Below, piece by piece: positions 23,841 through 36,654 of a stretch of 64,000 bases of DNA (the first letter of the stretch is position 1; every line of letters begins with the position of its first letter). Below the pieces are notes generated by a model, which was not told the DNA's origin, did not search any database, and saw only the letters and a program-made list of their open reading frames with translations. Both the position numbers and the translations under genes were made by a program. Origin of the DNA: Stylophora pistillata (lineage: Eukaryota). Location: NCBI RefSeq assembly GCF_002571385.2, contig NW_019217984.1, positions 306,804 to 370,803 on the forward strand, read 5' to 3'.

Positions 23841-25924
23841 GAGTTACATTAGTTTGCTATCATCATAACAAATTAAATAGTATCACAAGAATATTTGACA
23901 AATCATTTGTTTGAGAAATAATTAGGTATGAAAATGTATTTTAGGTAAACAACAATTCAAAATAGTCCATGCATACTTTTATTTATCGTTTTTGTATAAA
24001 ATATAGATGTACATATCTGTGGAAGAAAATTATCAGGGTGTAACTGTATTTTCATTTGAAAATATCGCACTTGACTGTACATTACAGATATTGATTAGCG
24101 CTTTCAATGTGAAGCGTTAATGTAGCTTTGAATGTTACAGATGTATGGTGACCCGTTTATTTTCGTACTAGTTGCCAGAGGAAGCAGGTCAAACTAAAAA
24201 ACAAATACTGATTTTTTTAAATATAGAATAACATTTGAGAGTTCAACGAAATGTAACTTACAATTCGTAGGGCATTCCATACATCTTANNNNNNNNNNNN
24301 NNNNNNNNNNNNNNNNNNNNNNNNNNNNNNNNNNNNNNNNNNNNNNNNNNNNNNNNNNNNNNNNNNNNNNNNNNNNNNNNNNNNNNNNNNNNNNNNNNNN
24401 NNNNNNNNNNNNNNNNNNNNNNNNNNNNNNNNNNNNNNNNNNNNNNNNNNNNNNNNNNNNNNNNNNNNNNNNNNNNNNNNNNNNNNNNNNNNNNNNNNNN
24501 NNNNNNNNNNNNNNNNNNNNNNNNNNNNNNNNNNNNNNNNNNNNNNNNNNNNNNNNNNNNNNNNNNNNNNNNNNNNNNNNNNNNNNNNNNNNNNNNNNNN
24601 NNNNNNNNNNNNNNNNNNNNNNNNNNNNNNNNNNNNNNNNNNNNNNNNNNNNNNNNNNNNNNNNNNNNNNNNNNNNNNNNNNNNNNNNNNNNNNNNNNNN
24701 NNNNNNNNNNNNNNNNNNNNNNNNNNNNNNNNNNNNNNNNNNNNNNNNNNNNNNNNNNNNNNNNNNNNNNNNNNNNNNNNNNNNNNNNNNNNNNNNNNNN
24801 NNNNNNNNNNNNNNNNNNNNNNNNNNNNNNNNNNNNNNNNNNNNNNNNNNNNNNNNNNNNNNNNNNNNNNNNNNNNNNNNNNNNNNNNNNNNNNNNNNNN
24901 NNNNNNNNNNNNNNNNNNNNNNNNNNNNNNNNNNNNNNNNNNNNNNNNNNNNNNNNNNNNNNNNNNNNNNNNNNNNNNNNNNNNNNNNNNNNNNNNNNNN
25001 NNNNNNNNNNNNNNNNNNNNNNNNNNNNNNNNNNNNNNNNNNNNNNNNNNNNNNNNNNNNNNNNNNNNNNNNNNNNNNNNNNNNNNNNNNNNNNNNNNNN
25101 NNNNNNNNNNNNNNNNNNNNNNNNNNNNNNNNNNNNNNNNNNNNNNNNNNNNNNNNNNNNNNNNNNNNNNNNNNNNNNNNNNNNNNNNNNNNNNNNNNNN
25201 NNNNNNNNNNNNNNNNNCTTACGCTCGCCTTGTAAGCGAAAAAAAATTACACCCTGTAGTAGCCGCCATATTGGGTTGGAAAGGTCGAGGAGAGCATTAG
25301 GGGAGTAAGGAAATGAGAAAAACTGGTAGAGGTGGGGGGGAGGGCTGCAGGAGGGGGATTTAGTAGTTTCCATTCCCCTCCCCTTCAAAATTAAAAGTAA
25401 ACCCAGTCGCATGCGTTTTCTCGCGCGTCAAGCGTGTCACGCGTTTTAACTCTGAGTGATTCCTTATGACCTCTTCACTTCTTAATGAAAGTTGTAAATC
25501 CCTTGGATTAGATTAACGACAGTCGAAATGCGCTCTTACAACTGATACAGACCACATTTTCGGCCTGTGATCCCTTCAGTTTCTTGAGCGGATCCAGGTT
25601 AATAAAAGATCAACTAACAGAAAAATCGTAAAATTGATAAGTAACATTCCAAGACTAACAAACCAGAGGAACGAAAAGACAGTCGGCCGTAGCTGAGAAG
25701 GTGGGGTAATAGTCTGGGGTACAGGTGAAACCTCCTTCGTGAGATAGCTTTTGCTTATGTCTAAAAAAAATACAAATATCGCATACTTCAGGTTTGGGAA
25801 AACGCGCGAATCTCTAAGCATCTACACGGAAAATATTGGGCTACGAGCAGTCCCTCTTTTTCGGCGCAGTCCGTCGCGCGAGTAAAAAATATCAGTGATG
25901 AAAACAAAACAAAAAAAAGAGATT

Positions 25925-26293
25925 AGAGATTTAGCGCCGCGTTTACGTGAAACGGCAAACGTCAGTTTTCCCTTTCATGTTTAACGTAAATTAGCTAGAA
26001 CCTTACTGCCTCAGCTTCGCGTAAGTTCACGTCATGGTGGAGTTGAAGGCGCCCTTGTATGACTTACAAGGAAAAGTTCTGGTGCCATTTTTTCCGGCAA
26101 TTAACTTCTACTCTGAGTGAGGAAAAGTGTAGAAAATCTCACGTACACGGCAAACGCGAAACAGGTTACTTTCATTTACAAACGGCAAAGCGCAACCGGC
26201 AAACGTGAGAAGGTGGCGGGAAAAACGTGGTCTCGTGGTCTCGTGGTCACTCTTGCCGTTCACGTTTCACGTAAACGTGCTACTAAATATATC
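25925..26293. mobile_element. MITE
   Basis: atttagcgccgcgtttacgtgaaac is inverted relative to gtttcacgtaaacgtgctactaaat. Confidence 0.5.
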
Positions 26294-26765
26294 TTATTAG
26301 ACGTTTTGTTGTGTAGCATCGCTGAGTATTTTTACGAGTTGAGCCGTATTTATGAATCGTGAATAATATTGACTTTTGGGAGGTTGTGGAGGACCGCTGA
26401 GTGTTCCACTCGGAGTACCCGAAGTCAACGCATCCGCTCTGGCGAGCACCTCTCATCCACATTTTCAATCCTTGGTTAGGAATTGGAAAAAAAAATCTGT
26501 TTGAAGAAGCTACATTGTAAGTAACTTTTATTTTCCTTGCTAAGGATTTCCTTTAAATGGAATAGAACTTTGAAATAAGAAACCTCGCAGTAGTGAAGAC
26601 GGACATAAACAGGTACGTAATAAACGAAAAGGATTGCGGAAGATTAAGAATCGTGAGGAAAAACTAATTGCAGATGGCAAAGTTTAAAATTTACAAATAT
26701 TGGGGAAAAAGGAAATTAACATTGAGTGAAATATAGGATAGAACAAAGATAGTCAGAAAAAAAAG

Positions 26766-26827
26766 TGCCGAGACCAGGATTCGAACCTGGGTTATTGCGG
26801 CCACAACGCAATGTACTAACCACTATA
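26766..26827 (-). pseudogene. tRNA-His(GTG) copy lacking its 5' ~10 nt (disrupted by insertion)
   Basis: Reverse complement matches 28453-28514 with one substitution; the 5' acceptor strand is replaced by the tail of a retroelement. Confidence 0.8.
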
Positions 26828-27219
26828 ATATAGATCAATTTCTATAGCGCATTTCCATGTAAATGCTCTAATGCGCTTTACAACACTGTGCGGGGGACTT
26901 TTCCAGACTGCCGGCGGCAGTTTACAATTAATAAAGGAGAAATTTTTACAGATGCCCCCTCCCCCCCTTCCCAGTAAACAGGCCAGACCACATCACAGTA
27001 ATCTCGTGATGTGGGTTCTTTAACGTCCCTTGCCGAAATTAACTAATTGATAGGTGCAGGAGACGGGACCTCCGGCTTTACGTCCTATCCGAGAAGACGA
27101 AGCAATGTGAGTGAAGCGTCTTGCTTAAGGACACAACGTCAAGCCCCAGCCAGGACTTGAACCCGGGCCATCTGACCTAGAGTCCAGCGCACTGACCACT
27201 GGACTACTCACGGGAGACG
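26828..27219 (-). mobile_element. tRNA-derived SINE-like insertion
   Basis: Reverse strand gtagtccagtggtcagtgcgctggactctag...ggttcaagtcctggctgggg...tccttaagcaagacg; runs into an N gap. Confidence 0.65.
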
Positions 27220-27230
27220 NNNNNNNNNNN

Positions 27231-27665
27231 AGACCAAAAACGGAAAAGGAAGACTATCTCTTAAGCATAGGGCAGCTATAGCTTGGAATTCTCTTCCAGA
27301 TCGCATTGAGGACGTTCATTCTATTCCGAGTTTTCTGAAAGAATTGAACAAAAATAAGGACATTTTGATGAAAATATCATGTACCAAAGAGTCATCCACG
27401 ATTATAAATAACGATGATAATTTTTTCTATTAAGCATGCATCATAGTTTAAGTGATAACAACTTTAATATTTGTATTTTCAGATACGGTTTATAGTAATA
27501 GCTTTGATGTTTATACACCTTGCATCCTTGTATTTTTATATTTATAGATTTCCTGTCCAAATTGTGATTATAATGTTAATTTAGCGTACAGGTCCACATC
27601 AGGACTTATTGTCTTGCCTATTTTAGTAATCTGCTTTAACAAATAAACTTGTTGTTGTTGTTGTT
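27231..27665 (+). mobile_element. LINE 3' end with (TTG)n tail
   Basis: PKTEKGRLSLKHRAAIAWNSLP motif; aataaa followed by ttgttgttg. Related in structure to 8372-8782. Confidence 0.65.
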
Positions 27666-28230
27666 GACTAATTAGTTTGCACATGGCGAGATTGGGTGTT
27701 ACATCTGATTGGAATATCGCTTGGTCGAGATAATGGCGCGAAATTTCAGAGCAATCGCTGTCTAGCTTTTTTTTCTTTGTTTGATTCATCTAATAAACTT
27801 GAATCTATATTTGCCAGCCATTCCGACTCTTCGTCGTCAGATCCAATTCTTCGCTTGCGCGATGCGAGAAAAGTAGTTAGTTCCAACAAACTGAATCGTC
27901 CAAGGTAAACATCAAGTCAGCCATGTGCCTATAAAGCAGTTGAAGTTGCATAGTTTCGAAAGAAACGAAACCACACTGAACTCTGGTTAGCACTTGATAC
28001 TTTCAGAAATAGCCTTGTTTTTTTATCTGATTTAAAAAAATAGATCTCGCATGGATTAGACGAGAGCAATCGCCCTTTATCTCTCTAACTGTCGAAAGAA
28101 AGCTGAACCTACATTTATTTTGCTTTATTTAACTCTACCACTGTTCTGAAAAATTCGCGTCGTTATCTCGACCAAGCGGTATTCCGATCAGAAGTAACAC
28201 CCAATCTCGCCATGCGCAAACTAATAAGTC
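27665..28230. mobile_element. MITE with ~90-bp TIRs
   Basis: gactaattagtttgcacatggcgagattgggtgttac... is inverted relative to ...gtaacacccaatctcgccatgcgcaaactaataagtc. Confidence 0.7.
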
Positions 28231-28442
28231 ATGCACTCACGTTTTCATTTGTACCTTCATCGTTCCCCACTGATTTATCCTTTCCTGTTTCCTTAATTTT
28301 GTTGTTTATATGTCATGTTGTTCTTCTTCTTTGTTGTCTTCTTTGTTGTTCTTTGTTTCGTTTTGTTCTTACAGAGTAAACTCTATTAGACCTCTTACGG
28401 TCCTTAAATTCTGCCTGATGATATCCGTAAGCTGTAATGGCA

Positions 28443-28514
28443 GCCGTGATCGTATAGTGGTTAGTACATTGCGTTGTGGCCGCAATAACCCAGGTTCGAA
28501 TCCTGGTCACGGCA
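28443..28514 (+). tRNA. tRNA-His: tRNA-His (GTG)
   Basis: GCCGTGATCGTATAGTGGTTAGTACATTGCGTTGTGGCCGCAATAACCCAGGTTCGAATCCTGGTCACGGCA folds as a cloverleaf, followed by an oligo-T Pol III terminator. Confidence 0.95.
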
Positions 28515-29317
28515 CTTTTTTTTCTGACTTTTTTGTTTTATCCTATGTTTCACTCAATGTTAATTTCCTTTTTTTCCCAGTATTTGGAAAATTTTAAACT
28601 TTGCCGTCTGCAACTAGTTTTTCCTCGCGATTCTTAATCTTCCTCAATCCTTTTCGTTTATTACCTACCTGTTTATGTCTGTCTTCACAACTTATTATTT
28701 CAAAGTTTTATTCCATGTAAAGGAAATTCTTAGCTAGGAAAATAAAAGTTACCTACCATGTGGCTTCTTCAAACACATTCTTTTTTTCAAATTCCTAACC
28801 AAGGATTGAAAATGTGAACGAGAGGCGCGCGCCAGCGCATGAGCTGACTTCGGGTAACCTCTAAGTGGAATACTCAGCGGTCCCCAACTACTTCTTAAAA
28901 GTTAATACTATATACGATTCTGTTCTTTCTTGAAATAATTCCTTGCCTTTCTTCGTTATTAATGGAAAACAAGAGATTTGAAGCAAGGAGGCAATGAAAA
29001 TAATTATGAGTTGAATCCGTCAAGCTAGAGAGGCACGTGGGAGATACGTGTAAGTAAGTGTGCACGTAACAGAACAGTTCACACGCACGCTCAATGTCCT
29101 CGGAAGAGCGCGCTCGCTACATTGCTGCAAGGAAAGCATATTTTACGTGCGTTCCCTCTGGCCTCTAGAATGTATTCTTCTGCGGAAAGGGGCGTAATAA
29201 AGTCCTCTTTCAAAAATTATTCCTCCAGCGAACTATTAAAGTGGCAAAGTCAAATGGGAAATATTTAGAAAGTGTCACGGTTTGTGTGTCATCTTCGAGG
29301 ATGTCTGGTGTCTTTAA

Positions 29318-29670
29318 CCGACCTTTCTATAATACAGATTTTTTTGCACCGGTGTTTGAAAAGGAAGTTTATGTCCAAGAATGTAGATATCAGGGATTTG
29401 TTAGAGAAGGCGGACAAGGCACTCTACAAAAAAAGATCGAATGACCCCGAATGCCCGATTTTCAAGTTTTTACCAAAGGAAAAGAACATGAGGTACAATC
29501 TTAGAACTACGTCAGTCTCTGTTCCTAGAATCCACACTGAAAGGTTTAAGAACGTTTTTAGTAATAGGATAATTTTTAAATATGATATGTAATAGTTTCC
29601 CTTGTGAGTTTATGTTGTAACTTAGGATATGTGATTTTTTCTTAAGAAATAAAGATTATGTTATGTTATG
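29318..29670 (+). mobile_element. LINE 3' fragment with (TTATG)n tail
   Basis: RYNLR..PRIHTERFKNVFSNR motif; TSD TTTAA; absent from the paralogous site at ~35985. Confidence 0.75.
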
Positions 29671-30882
29671 TTTAAATGTCAGGCGGATTCGACAAAGAGG
29701 ACTGTTCTCTTTTCGTAGAGAAAGACCAAGAGATGGGGCAAGGAGAGGGATTCCCTTATAAGCGCAGTCTGCTTTATTCAATTAACTTTCCAGGTAGACT
29801 AGATGGTTTGTTAACGCTAAGCACAAGCCTAAAAAACTCGAAGACAGACATATCAAACACATCATTCTGTTTTTTCGCTAGCCTACGTGACAGCTGTGTT
29901 TCCGGTTGTCTCTTCTCTTCGCCAGGAATGAATCTGTCACGGAGGCAGTTGTTTCACAATCTCAATTTGCGACTAATACGGCGTACCATTGCCTGCTTAT
30001 CTTGAAACTGAAAAAAAAGTGAATGGATCTGATAGGTCGATAGTCTCAAATTTGTCAAATAAAACTACAATAAATGTTAGTTGTAGTTTCTGACAGCATA
30101 GCGGTGATTTCAAATAGACCGCAATTTAGGTCTCGCGATCTCAATTCATGACCAACTCGGTGCGCCATTGGATGTTCTAGAAAGGTGAGGCTGTCTCGAA
30201 AAATGTGTTCATCTGGTAGATGGGAAGTCTCAAACTGGGCAGCTTTAGTCACGCAAGAAAACTTTGAAGAATACCGAATGTTCTTATTACATGTGCGTGG
30301 GAAAAAAGACACGGTCAAGTACTCGCTAAGTAGGCGGGGAAGAACTTAGAACGTCAAAGTCTCAAAGGGAAGGATTCTCAGTTATGCGCACGAGCGAGAA
30401 ATGACGCGGCCTCGTTTCTATATTAGGTAATTTGGTTATATCAACTAAGTTAAAATTGTAATTTCGAGCGTTAGCCTTTCGTCAGAGCGAATGACGAAGG
30501 GCTAACGCGGGAACCAACCAACCAGGTGTCCTAGATGCAACTACTAAATGCAACTAATAACAGATGAATTTGACGCAATTCTTCTTTTTATTAAAACAGC
30601 CTTGGGCGGAAAGGGAAGGCGGGGGAGACGGTAATTCTAGGTGCCACGACTGGATGATGGAAAGGGCCTCCATGATGAAGAATTGCACGACTGCAGACGA
30701 GCGAACCAATGCGGGCCTTGGTTCTCCGCCAAATAAATTTTATACAAATGACAGCGAAAACACGAATGCCAGACTTCGACTTAAAACACAGGGCAAGGAA
30801 ATGGAGGAAACAGCATTCGCCAAAGCAGTCAAATAAATGATTTAGGACGACCAAGAGGCAGAGGTCATATTAGCCCTATTTG

Positions 30883-33838
30883 GGCTTATGTGCGGTGTAA
30901 AACGCACCAGCGACGTCACAGTTTAAAACGCACCAGTGACGTCAGAGACCATAACCTCAGATAATGATTAAAAACTCAAGGTAGGGGTCTCGGGGTCTCT
31001 GAGGTCTCGGGGTCGCTGGGGTCTCGGGGTCTCAAGGGTCTCTGGGTCTTCTGGGGTATCTGGGTCTTCTGGGGTCTCTGGGTCTTTGGGTCTTCTGGGG
31101 TCTTCTGCGGTCTTTGGGTCTTCTGGGGTCTCTGGGTCTTCTGGGGTCTCTGGTTCTCTGGGGTCTCTGGTTCTCTGGGGTTTCTTGGTCTTTGGGACTC
31201 TGGCGCTTATAGTATGATGGTTTGCCGAGTGACCCCTATTTTTCAAATCTTATTTGCCCTTAAAGCGTCCGCGGTTACAATACCAACTACACCAGGCCTG
31301 GTTGAAGATCATTTGCCTTCCGAAAATGTGCACAGTCTATTGGCTGCTGTAGGCTGTAGATGTGGAAGGGGGAATGCAAAGAATAAGCAAAAAAGAGCAT
31401 TTTGTCGTGTCTACAAAGATGGATGCAAGTGCTTTCAAGCTATCAAAGGCTTTACAAGTACGTGTGGTTGTTTTAACTGTGGGAACCACCGTGGAAAACG
31501 AACTGTAACACAGACAGAAATCCGTCTGAACCTGTTCCCAGAAAACGTAGGAAGCACTTTCCGAAGGAAGTGCTGACAGGGTCAGAGCAAGAGTTTATGG
31601 AAAGCAGAGGTATAGAAGTGATCCCTCCACCGTGGTCAACCTTTGAAAAGTTGCTTTTCGAGGAATGCGCATTTAATCTAACCGCCATGGATGCTCTAGG
31701 CCTCGATCTACAAGGAAAAATGTACAACGGCGCTATCAAAGACTATTATAGCAATATAGCCTCCATTCCGTGTACAAATTCCGCCCAACTTGACATTATT
31801 CCCAGAGAGCGTAGCTCCAAAGAGATTCAGAGAATGTTATCTTTGACGCAGAAAGAAGAGAGGGTCTTTACAGTCATCTTTAAAAGCCAAATAAAGTTAG
31901 ACTTTGAGGGGTGAGAGCTCTATAACAGTACTCTCGAAGCCGAACAATAATAAAGCAAAATTTTTCAACGGCAATTAAATCAATTGAGACCATTCAATTA
32001 ATCGGTGCATTTTTTTAAATTAAGCTGTTTCAGTTTTGAACAATTAATTAATTTCATTTGTCGTATTTGACGTTAGCGGTTTTATTGTTCATGGTAAACG
32101 TAGTTCGTTTGCATGATCATTGTGAAAGATATCGTGGTCAGTGATTCTTAATTAATTACCAAATATAGTTAGACTATGAGGGGTGAGAGTTCTATAACAG
32201 CACCCTCGAAGCCGAACAAGAATCACGAATGTTGTATTTCTTACACGTTTGACGGTTGTGTAAGATGCGTAACCTGAAATCTGACCTGTAACACTGCCTG
32301 TAAATGCATGTTGTCAATGACACTTCAATGATCTTCCACAAAGTTTTCAATTAGAGACACAAACGCCAAGAAGAATGTTAGTATTTGTCCGTTTACAGAT
32401 TCCACGACATAAAGTTACTGTTGTAGCGCAACTTTCATTTCGGGTACAAGCTTATTAGTATTTTCAATAATTGTTAAATTGAAATAAAGTTGTCGTTGTT
32501 ATTGAAAATCCACTCCGAAGTTTTTTCTTTTTTTTTAATTTACTGACTCTCACGTAGTTTACGCTTTAAGTGCAAATAATATTTGAAAAATAGGGGTCAC
32601 TCGGCAAACCTTCATACTATAAGCGCCAGAGTTACAAAGACCCAGAGACTCCAGAGACCCAGAGACCCCAGAGAAACAGAGACCCAGAGACCCCACAAGA
32701 CCCAGAGACCCCAGAGAACCAGAGACCCAAGGACCCCACAAGACGCAGAGACCCCAGAGAACCAGAGACCCCAGAGAAACAGAGACCCAGAGACCCCGCA
32801 AGACCCAGAGACCCCAGAGAACCAGAGACCCCAGAGAAANNNNNNNNNNNNNNNNNNNNNNNNNNNNNNNNNNNNNNNNNNNNNNNNNNNNNNNNNNNNN
32901 NNNNNNNNNNNNNNNNNNNNNNNNNNNNNNNNNNNNNNNNNNNNNNNNNNNNNNNNNNNNNNNNNNNNNNNNNNNNNNNNNNNNNNNNNNNNNNNNNNNN
33001 NNNNNNNNNNNNNNNNNNNNNNNNNNNNNNNNNNNNNNNNNNNNNNNNNNNNNNNNNNNNNNNNNNNNNNNNNNNNNNNNNNNNNNNNNNNNNNNNNNNN
33101 NNNNNNNNNNNNNNNNNNNNNNNNNNNNNNNNNNNNNNNNNNNNNNNNNNNNNNNNNNNNNNNNNNNNNNNNNNNNNNNNNNNNNNNNNNNNNNNNNNNN
33201 NNNNNNNNNNNNNNNNNNNNNNNNNNNNNNNNNNNNNNNNNNNNNNNNNNNNNNNNNNNNNNNNNNNNNNNNNNNNNNNNNNNNNNNNNNNNNNNNNNNN
33301 NNNNNNNNNNNNNNNNNNNNNNNNNNNNNNNNNNNNNNNNNNNNNNNNNNNNNNNNNNNNNNNNNNNNNNNNNNNNNNNNNNNNNNNNNNNNNNNNNNNN
33401 NNNNNNNNNNNNNNNNNNNNNNNNNNNNNNNNNNNNNNNNNNNNNNNNNNNNNNNNNNNNNNNNNNNNNNNNNNNNNNNNNNNNNNNNNNNNNNNNNNNN
33501 NNNNNNNNNNNNNNNNNNNNNNNNNNNNNNNNNNNNNNNNNNNNNNNNNNNNNNNNNNNNNNNNNNNNNCCAGAGACCCCAGAGACCCAGAGACCTCACA
33601 AGACCCAGAGAGCCCAGAGAACCAGAGACCCAAAGACCCCACAAGACCCAGAGACCCCAGAAGACCCAGAGACCCCAGAGGCACCAGAAGACCCAGAGAC
33701 CCCTGAGACCCCGAGACCTCAGAGACCCCGAAACCCCTACCTTGAGTTTTAAATCGATATCTGAGGTTATGGTCTCTGACACCACTAGTGCGTTTTAAAC
33801 TGTGACGTCACTGGTGCGTTTTATACAGACAATAAGCC
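30883..33838. mobile_element. Long-TIR (foldback-like) DNA transposon with minisatellite arms and CXC cargo
   Basis: Arms 30883-31268 and 32561-33838 are inverted copies containing (GACCCAGAGACCCCAGA)-like tandem repeats; GGCTTAT...ATAAGCC ends; TSD CCTATTTG (30875-30882, 33839-33846). Confidence 0.85.
31269..31914 (+). pseudogene. Frameshifted 3' gene fragment with tesmin/CXC-like Cys cluster
   Basis: GCRCGRG..FC..CKCFQ..TCGCFNCGN, then a frameshift into ORF 31570-31914. Confidence 0.5.
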
Positions 33839-36654
33839 CCTATTTGGAGCTTCTGAGAGATACGAACTCCGAGAGCAGTTTAAAAGATTTCATTTGTCTG
33901 CGGATGAGTGGTGGGCTATGAACGAACGCCAAAGAAAGGATTACGTCCAGAAGATATATGACCTATCCATTGACGATATCTACGCTGGAAATTCCCATCA
34001 TGCGAACCTCTTGTCAACAAAAACGCAACTATTGTCGGGAGAGGACAAATCCTTACAATTATCGCTTCCACATAATTGCATAACAGGAAGTCTAGTTCTG
34101 CACATCGCTGAATAGATCTGGACGAAAGTTGGTAGAATACTTTCCCAGTCAAACACCATCTTCCTTGCACCCTCGAGGAACTCCAAAAATAACGACAATC
34201 TCCGTTATGTCTGAAACATGGAGCATTCTACACTTTGTTCAAATGGACACAAACTCTAAAGCGACTTAAGGGCAGAAGATCAAGGGTGGATTCTCGTCGG
34301 TGGGGACTATTAACATCGACACGAGAGCATCTGGACGAAAGCAAGGTCCATAGAGGCAAAGAAAAACAAGAGAAAGTGTTGACTTCGTCCTACCTATGCC
34401 CTCCTCGTTTCTAGACATGGAAACAACATTTGCGACTTCAAGTTCCACTTCAAGTGCTACTTTAGGTGAAACTTCAAGTGCGACTGTACCCATTTCGCAA
34501 ACAGCTATCCAGCAGTCGTTTGATTGAACACCATTCCCTCTATTCTGGCTCAATCCAACCAAGCAGCCCTCGGAACGCTTCATTCTGGTCACGGAAGCCG
34601 CAAACACAATCGCAGTTAAATGATGTTCCTTCCCACTCATCGACCAATCAATTCCTGTACCATGGCACAGATCTACAGCCATCAGGCTTACCCTCTCACC
34701 AGCGAGGTGTCTCACGTGGCCATGGCAATGGGAGGAGCTGGCCAAAATTACCCTTTCAGGTACCCAGGGCCGTTACAACAGTCATTTACAACATCCATGT
34801 TTAGCGAAAGGCTGTCGCCGGCGATATCTTCAACGCAGCAGCATTCGTATAGCGGTGTGCGTCCACTCCAACCATCCGTTCCCCTAGGTTTTCCTTTACC
34901 GCCGAAACCCATCATCCCTGAATCTTCTAATCCTTTCTTTTTGATGAAGCTAAAAGGAAACATTTCAAAATGTTACGGATGTGAAGGAAACTTTCAAAAA
35001 GACTCTCAATCTGTTGATAGCACGGCAGTCATTGGACGTTTAGAGGTGGATTGGTATCCAAATCTGTGCTAAGATGGTACCAAATGTTGGAAGTTAGGAA
35101 GAGCACAAAGAAGATACTACCATATTAACATAGCATGGCTGTGCACACGTCGTCCCTGGTTCCATACAGGCCACTTGCAAGGTCTGTTGAGGAGGATGGA
35201 GGGGGGCCTGTCTCATGCCAACGGAAGAGCTTATCGCTTTCGTTAAGCAGTGCTTTCCCGGAATTGTAATTGAGTAAATGGCAGGCTGACTTAGGCATTG
35301 CCATATTTTCTTTGTACCGTTTTGATGCATAATCGAGTTCGATTCAAGGAACGCTAATCATGTAAACCCGTAATTTGACGAATGATTTGCTACTTATTAT
35401 TTAGTTTAACGGCCGTTAAAAATAGATAAGTTAATAATTAAAAAATAAACTAAAAAAATAAAGAAATAGATAAAATAAATGAAGCCGGGGCATCGATTGT
35501 TCCTCGAGGATCTCCAGGTAACTTCGGAAACCCTCGGATAATTTTCGATGTATCATCGGAGTATATATTCGGAGCTCGTACACTCTTTGGCAAAATCTTG
35601 AAAAAAGAAAAATGGAGACTTGGAAAAACAAGCCTTCAAAAATTCAGGCCTCTCCGGGTAACTTCGGATAATCTTCGTTTAATCTTCGGTGTATATTCGT
35701 AGCTCGTACACTATTCGGAAAATCATTTTTAATAGAAAAACAGATGTTGAAAAATTCCGGCGGAATTCCGGACTCCTAGTTTTCCAGCTTATCGTGCGAC
35801 CAACTACTCAGTTTGACGCGAGTTTTGCTTTCCGGTTGCGGTTTTAAATTTTCTGGGTTTTTTTTGGACGTCATGGATGAAAACTTTGCCCAAGTGCGAC
35901 CTATGCCTAAGCGGCAAAGTCAAATGGGAAAAAATTGGACCGTATCACGGTTTGTATGTCATACTCGAGGATGTCTGGTGTCTTTAAATGTCACGCGGAT
36001 TCGAAAAAGAGGACTGTTCTCTTTTCATAAAGAAAGACCAAGAAACGGGGCAAGAAGATGGATAACCTTATAGGCGCTTTCTGCTTTATTCAGTTAACTA
36101 TCTAGGTAGACTAAATGGTTTGTGAACGCTGAGCAGCAACCAATAAACTCGAAGACTTACATCTTAAAGGCATCATTTGTTTCCCTTGCCGACGTGACAG
36201 CTGTATTTCATTTCCGGTTGTCGCTTCTCTTCGCAGGGAATAGATCTGTCGCGGAGGCATTTGTTTTGCAATCTCACTTTGGGACTAATACGGCGTAGCA
36301 TTGGCTACTTATCTTGAAACTAGTCGATAGTCATAAATTTGTCCTCAAAAATCAAAGTCACATTTAAAAATAAAATACACGGTAAATTGTAGTTAATGAC
36401 AGCACTTATGGTCTCGCAATCTCAATTCGTGACCAGCTCGGCGTGCCATTAGATATTCTAGAGAGATTGGCTGTCTCGACAGATTTGTTGGTGGATAGGA
36501 AGTCTCAAGTTTTTCTCTAACTGACTGGGCAGCTTTAGTCACGTAAGAAAACACCGAATGTTTTTATTATTTGTGCGTGGAAAAAAAAACATGTTTGTCA
36601 AGTATTCAAAGAAGTTATTAAATATAAAGAGAGAAGTACCAGCGTAGATCTGTT

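Larger units (their letters stand above)
30600..35276 (+). pseudogene. Decayed transposase-like gene (possibly Mutator/MULE-related), split by the 30883-33838 element
   Basis: RTNAGLGSPPNKFYTNDSENTN..EVILALFG|ASERYELREQF..SADEWWAMNERQR reads across the insertion; Cys/His-rich tail (ISKCYGC..YYHIN.A). Family assignment is inference. Confidence 0.45.

Noticed and set aside
24258-25412. 384-aa ORF
   Set aside because: Consists mostly of an N gap.
30983-33735. CRISPR array or Pro/Glu-repeat protein
   Set aside because: Eukaryotic minisatellite without unique spacers; the ORFs are repeat- or N-driven.
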